A stretch of DNA of 64,000 nucleotides, from positions 21,543 through 85,542 of the forward strand of contig JBGSIV010000157.1 in the NCBI GenBank assembly GCA_041742355.1, given 5' to 3'. Made by a program: the position numbers and the translations under genes. Shown piece after piece: positions 63,152 through 64,000 of the stretch (its first letter is position 1; the number at the start of each line of letters is the position of its first letter). Source of the stretch: Candidatus Zixiibacteriota bacterium. GTDB lineage: Bacteria > Zixibacteria > MSB-5A5 > GN15 > FEB-12. A model generated the notes under the pieces. It ran no database searches. It was given only the letters and a program-made list of their open reading frames with translations, and was not told the origin of the DNA.

Positions 63152-63520
63152 TCAGTTCTGGATGTACTTGCCGAGGATCTGGTTCATCCGCGACGTCATC
63201 TGGGAATTAGGGTAGACCTCGGTTGCGCCGGCTGACTTGGCGGCCTGCATCTGGTCTTTGAGCACGTGCGGCGAGTAGCAGACAATGGGGATGCCCTTGG
63301 TGGCGCCGTACGAGCGAAGCTTGTTGATGAGCGCTGGAGCTTCGATCCCGTTGAGATTCAAATCGATGATGATCAAGTCGGGCTGGAGATCGTGAGCCTT
63401 GTTGAAGATGTCCTCCGAGCGGATCGCCTTGATGCCTTCGGCCTGAAGGGTATCAAGAGCGGTCATGATCTTGGAGGTAAAAATCATGTTGTTAGCGGCG
63501 ATAATGACTCTCTTACTCAC
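63152..63520 (-). CDS. single-domain receiver (CheY-like), atypical
   Basis: DLIIIDLNL acceptor-Asp context is present. The N-terminal acidic pair is replaced (VIIAANNM), and there is no K-P motif near the C-terminus. Confidence 0.7.
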   Translation of the reverse strand: MSKRVIIAANNMIFTSKIMTALDTLQAEGIKAIRSEDIFNKAHDLQPDLIIIDLNLNGIEAPALINKLRSYGATKGIPIVCYSPHVLKDQMQAAKSAGATEVYPNSQMTSRMNQILGKYIQN

Positions 63521-63783
63521 TGTTCAATCCATTGCTTAGGTTTTCATCCCTAACCCCGGGGAGGAGTCGTCCCGGGCACACCCCTGACAGAAGCCAATAT
63601 AATCAATCCCGTCAGGATTGCAACCCGAGGGGCGAAGAAATCTCCTAAACCGTTACTATTTAATAAAATTGCAGGTTTGCCGACATACGCTACAGGTGAC
63701 ATCGGTCACCAGCATACGCCCGAACCTGTTGGGTGACTCCTTTTTAGTTGCTTACTTATACAAGCGGCGCTAGCAAGAGGACT

Positions 63784-64000
63784 ATGAAGAACACCAAGAT
63801 ACTGGCAACCTACGGGCCATCGGTGGCCGACACCAACCTGGTCGAGAAGCTGGTCGAAAGCGGCGTTAACCTCTTTCGTATCAACTGCTCCCACGGCGGC
63901 AGCGGGGATTTTCAAGCGGCGGCCAAGCTGATTCGGACGGCGACCGCCCGGGCACGCTTTCCCGTCGGCCTCCTCTTCGACATCTCCGGCCCAAAGCTCC
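63784..64000 (+). CDS. pyk: pyruvate kinase, 5' part only (runs off window end)
   Basis: Hand translation from ATG 63784 (after AAGAGGA) gives MKNTKILATYGPSVADTNLVEKLVESGVNLFRINCSHGG...FDISGPKL, the canonical pyruvate kinase N-terminus. Not in the ORF track because no stop lies inside the window. Confidence 0.85.
   Translation, partial: MKNTKILATYGPSVADTNLVEKLVESGVNLFRINCSHGGSGDFQAAAKLIRTATARARFPVGLLFDISGPKL

Noticed and set aside
1-64000. CRISPR arrays, cas genes, transposases, integrases, prophage blocks, rRNA
   Set aside because: I looked for regularly spaced direct repeats, DDE/tyrosine-recombinase/serine-recombinase motifs and rRNA-like stretches, and found none. The only repeats are the short ones listed. 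This is a by-eye check without alignment tools.

Overview
GC-rich, gene-dense bacterial chromosomal segment. I can support about 55 CDS and one tRNA. I recognised no rRNA, CRISPR array, transposase or integrase. All function calls come from motifs read in the translated ORFs, with no database search, so family names are recalled rather than verified. Signal peptides, lipoboxes and several beta-barrel genes indicate a diderm; the lineage cannot be set from sequence alone.

Layout:
- 1-7.3 kb: envelope/stress cluster. Two tandem ECF sigmas, a lipoprotein, an OM barrel, a 3xBON OsmY-like protein, an unlisted 49-aa lmo0937-family ORF, SpoVG, DUF4382, and a YqjD/YqjE-like pair.
- 7.4-10.7 kb: GH130 plus a GT4 fusion protein.
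- 11.5-12.9 kb: decayed or non-coding gap holding a relic of a dockerin-like module.
- 12.9-19.8 kb: repeat lipoprotein, then a tight operon of ECF sigma, zinc anti-sigma, TPR-CHAT and S8 protease.
- 20-23.4 kb: porin-like gene plus a hybrid histidine kinase.
- 23.5-40 kb: mixed metabolism and envelope genes. Malic enzyme, M32 carboxypeptidase, C10 peptidase, TspO, CBM9/DUF5916, AlkD-like and others.
- 40.4-48.1 kb: structured leader or sRNA candidate, a 2033-aa multi-PAS kinase, and a sigma54 activator.
- 48.2-51.7 kb: two secreted proteins with dockerin-like C-termini.
- 51.9-64 kb: oversized GlpX-like protein, methyltransferase, CDF transporter with a triplicated C-terminal domain, tRNA-Leu(GAG)-secG-tpiA-pgk-gap-OMP operon, retropepsin-like protease, VOC protein, atypical receiver, and the pyk 5' end.

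Most interesting:
- The CRISPR-less ECF sigma / anti-sigma / TPR-CHAT / S8 operon. Its parts echo the Craspase (Csx29-Csx30-RpoE) protease-gated sigma switch.
- A cysteine-framed dockerin-like C-terminal module present on four secreted proteins, plus one relic copy.
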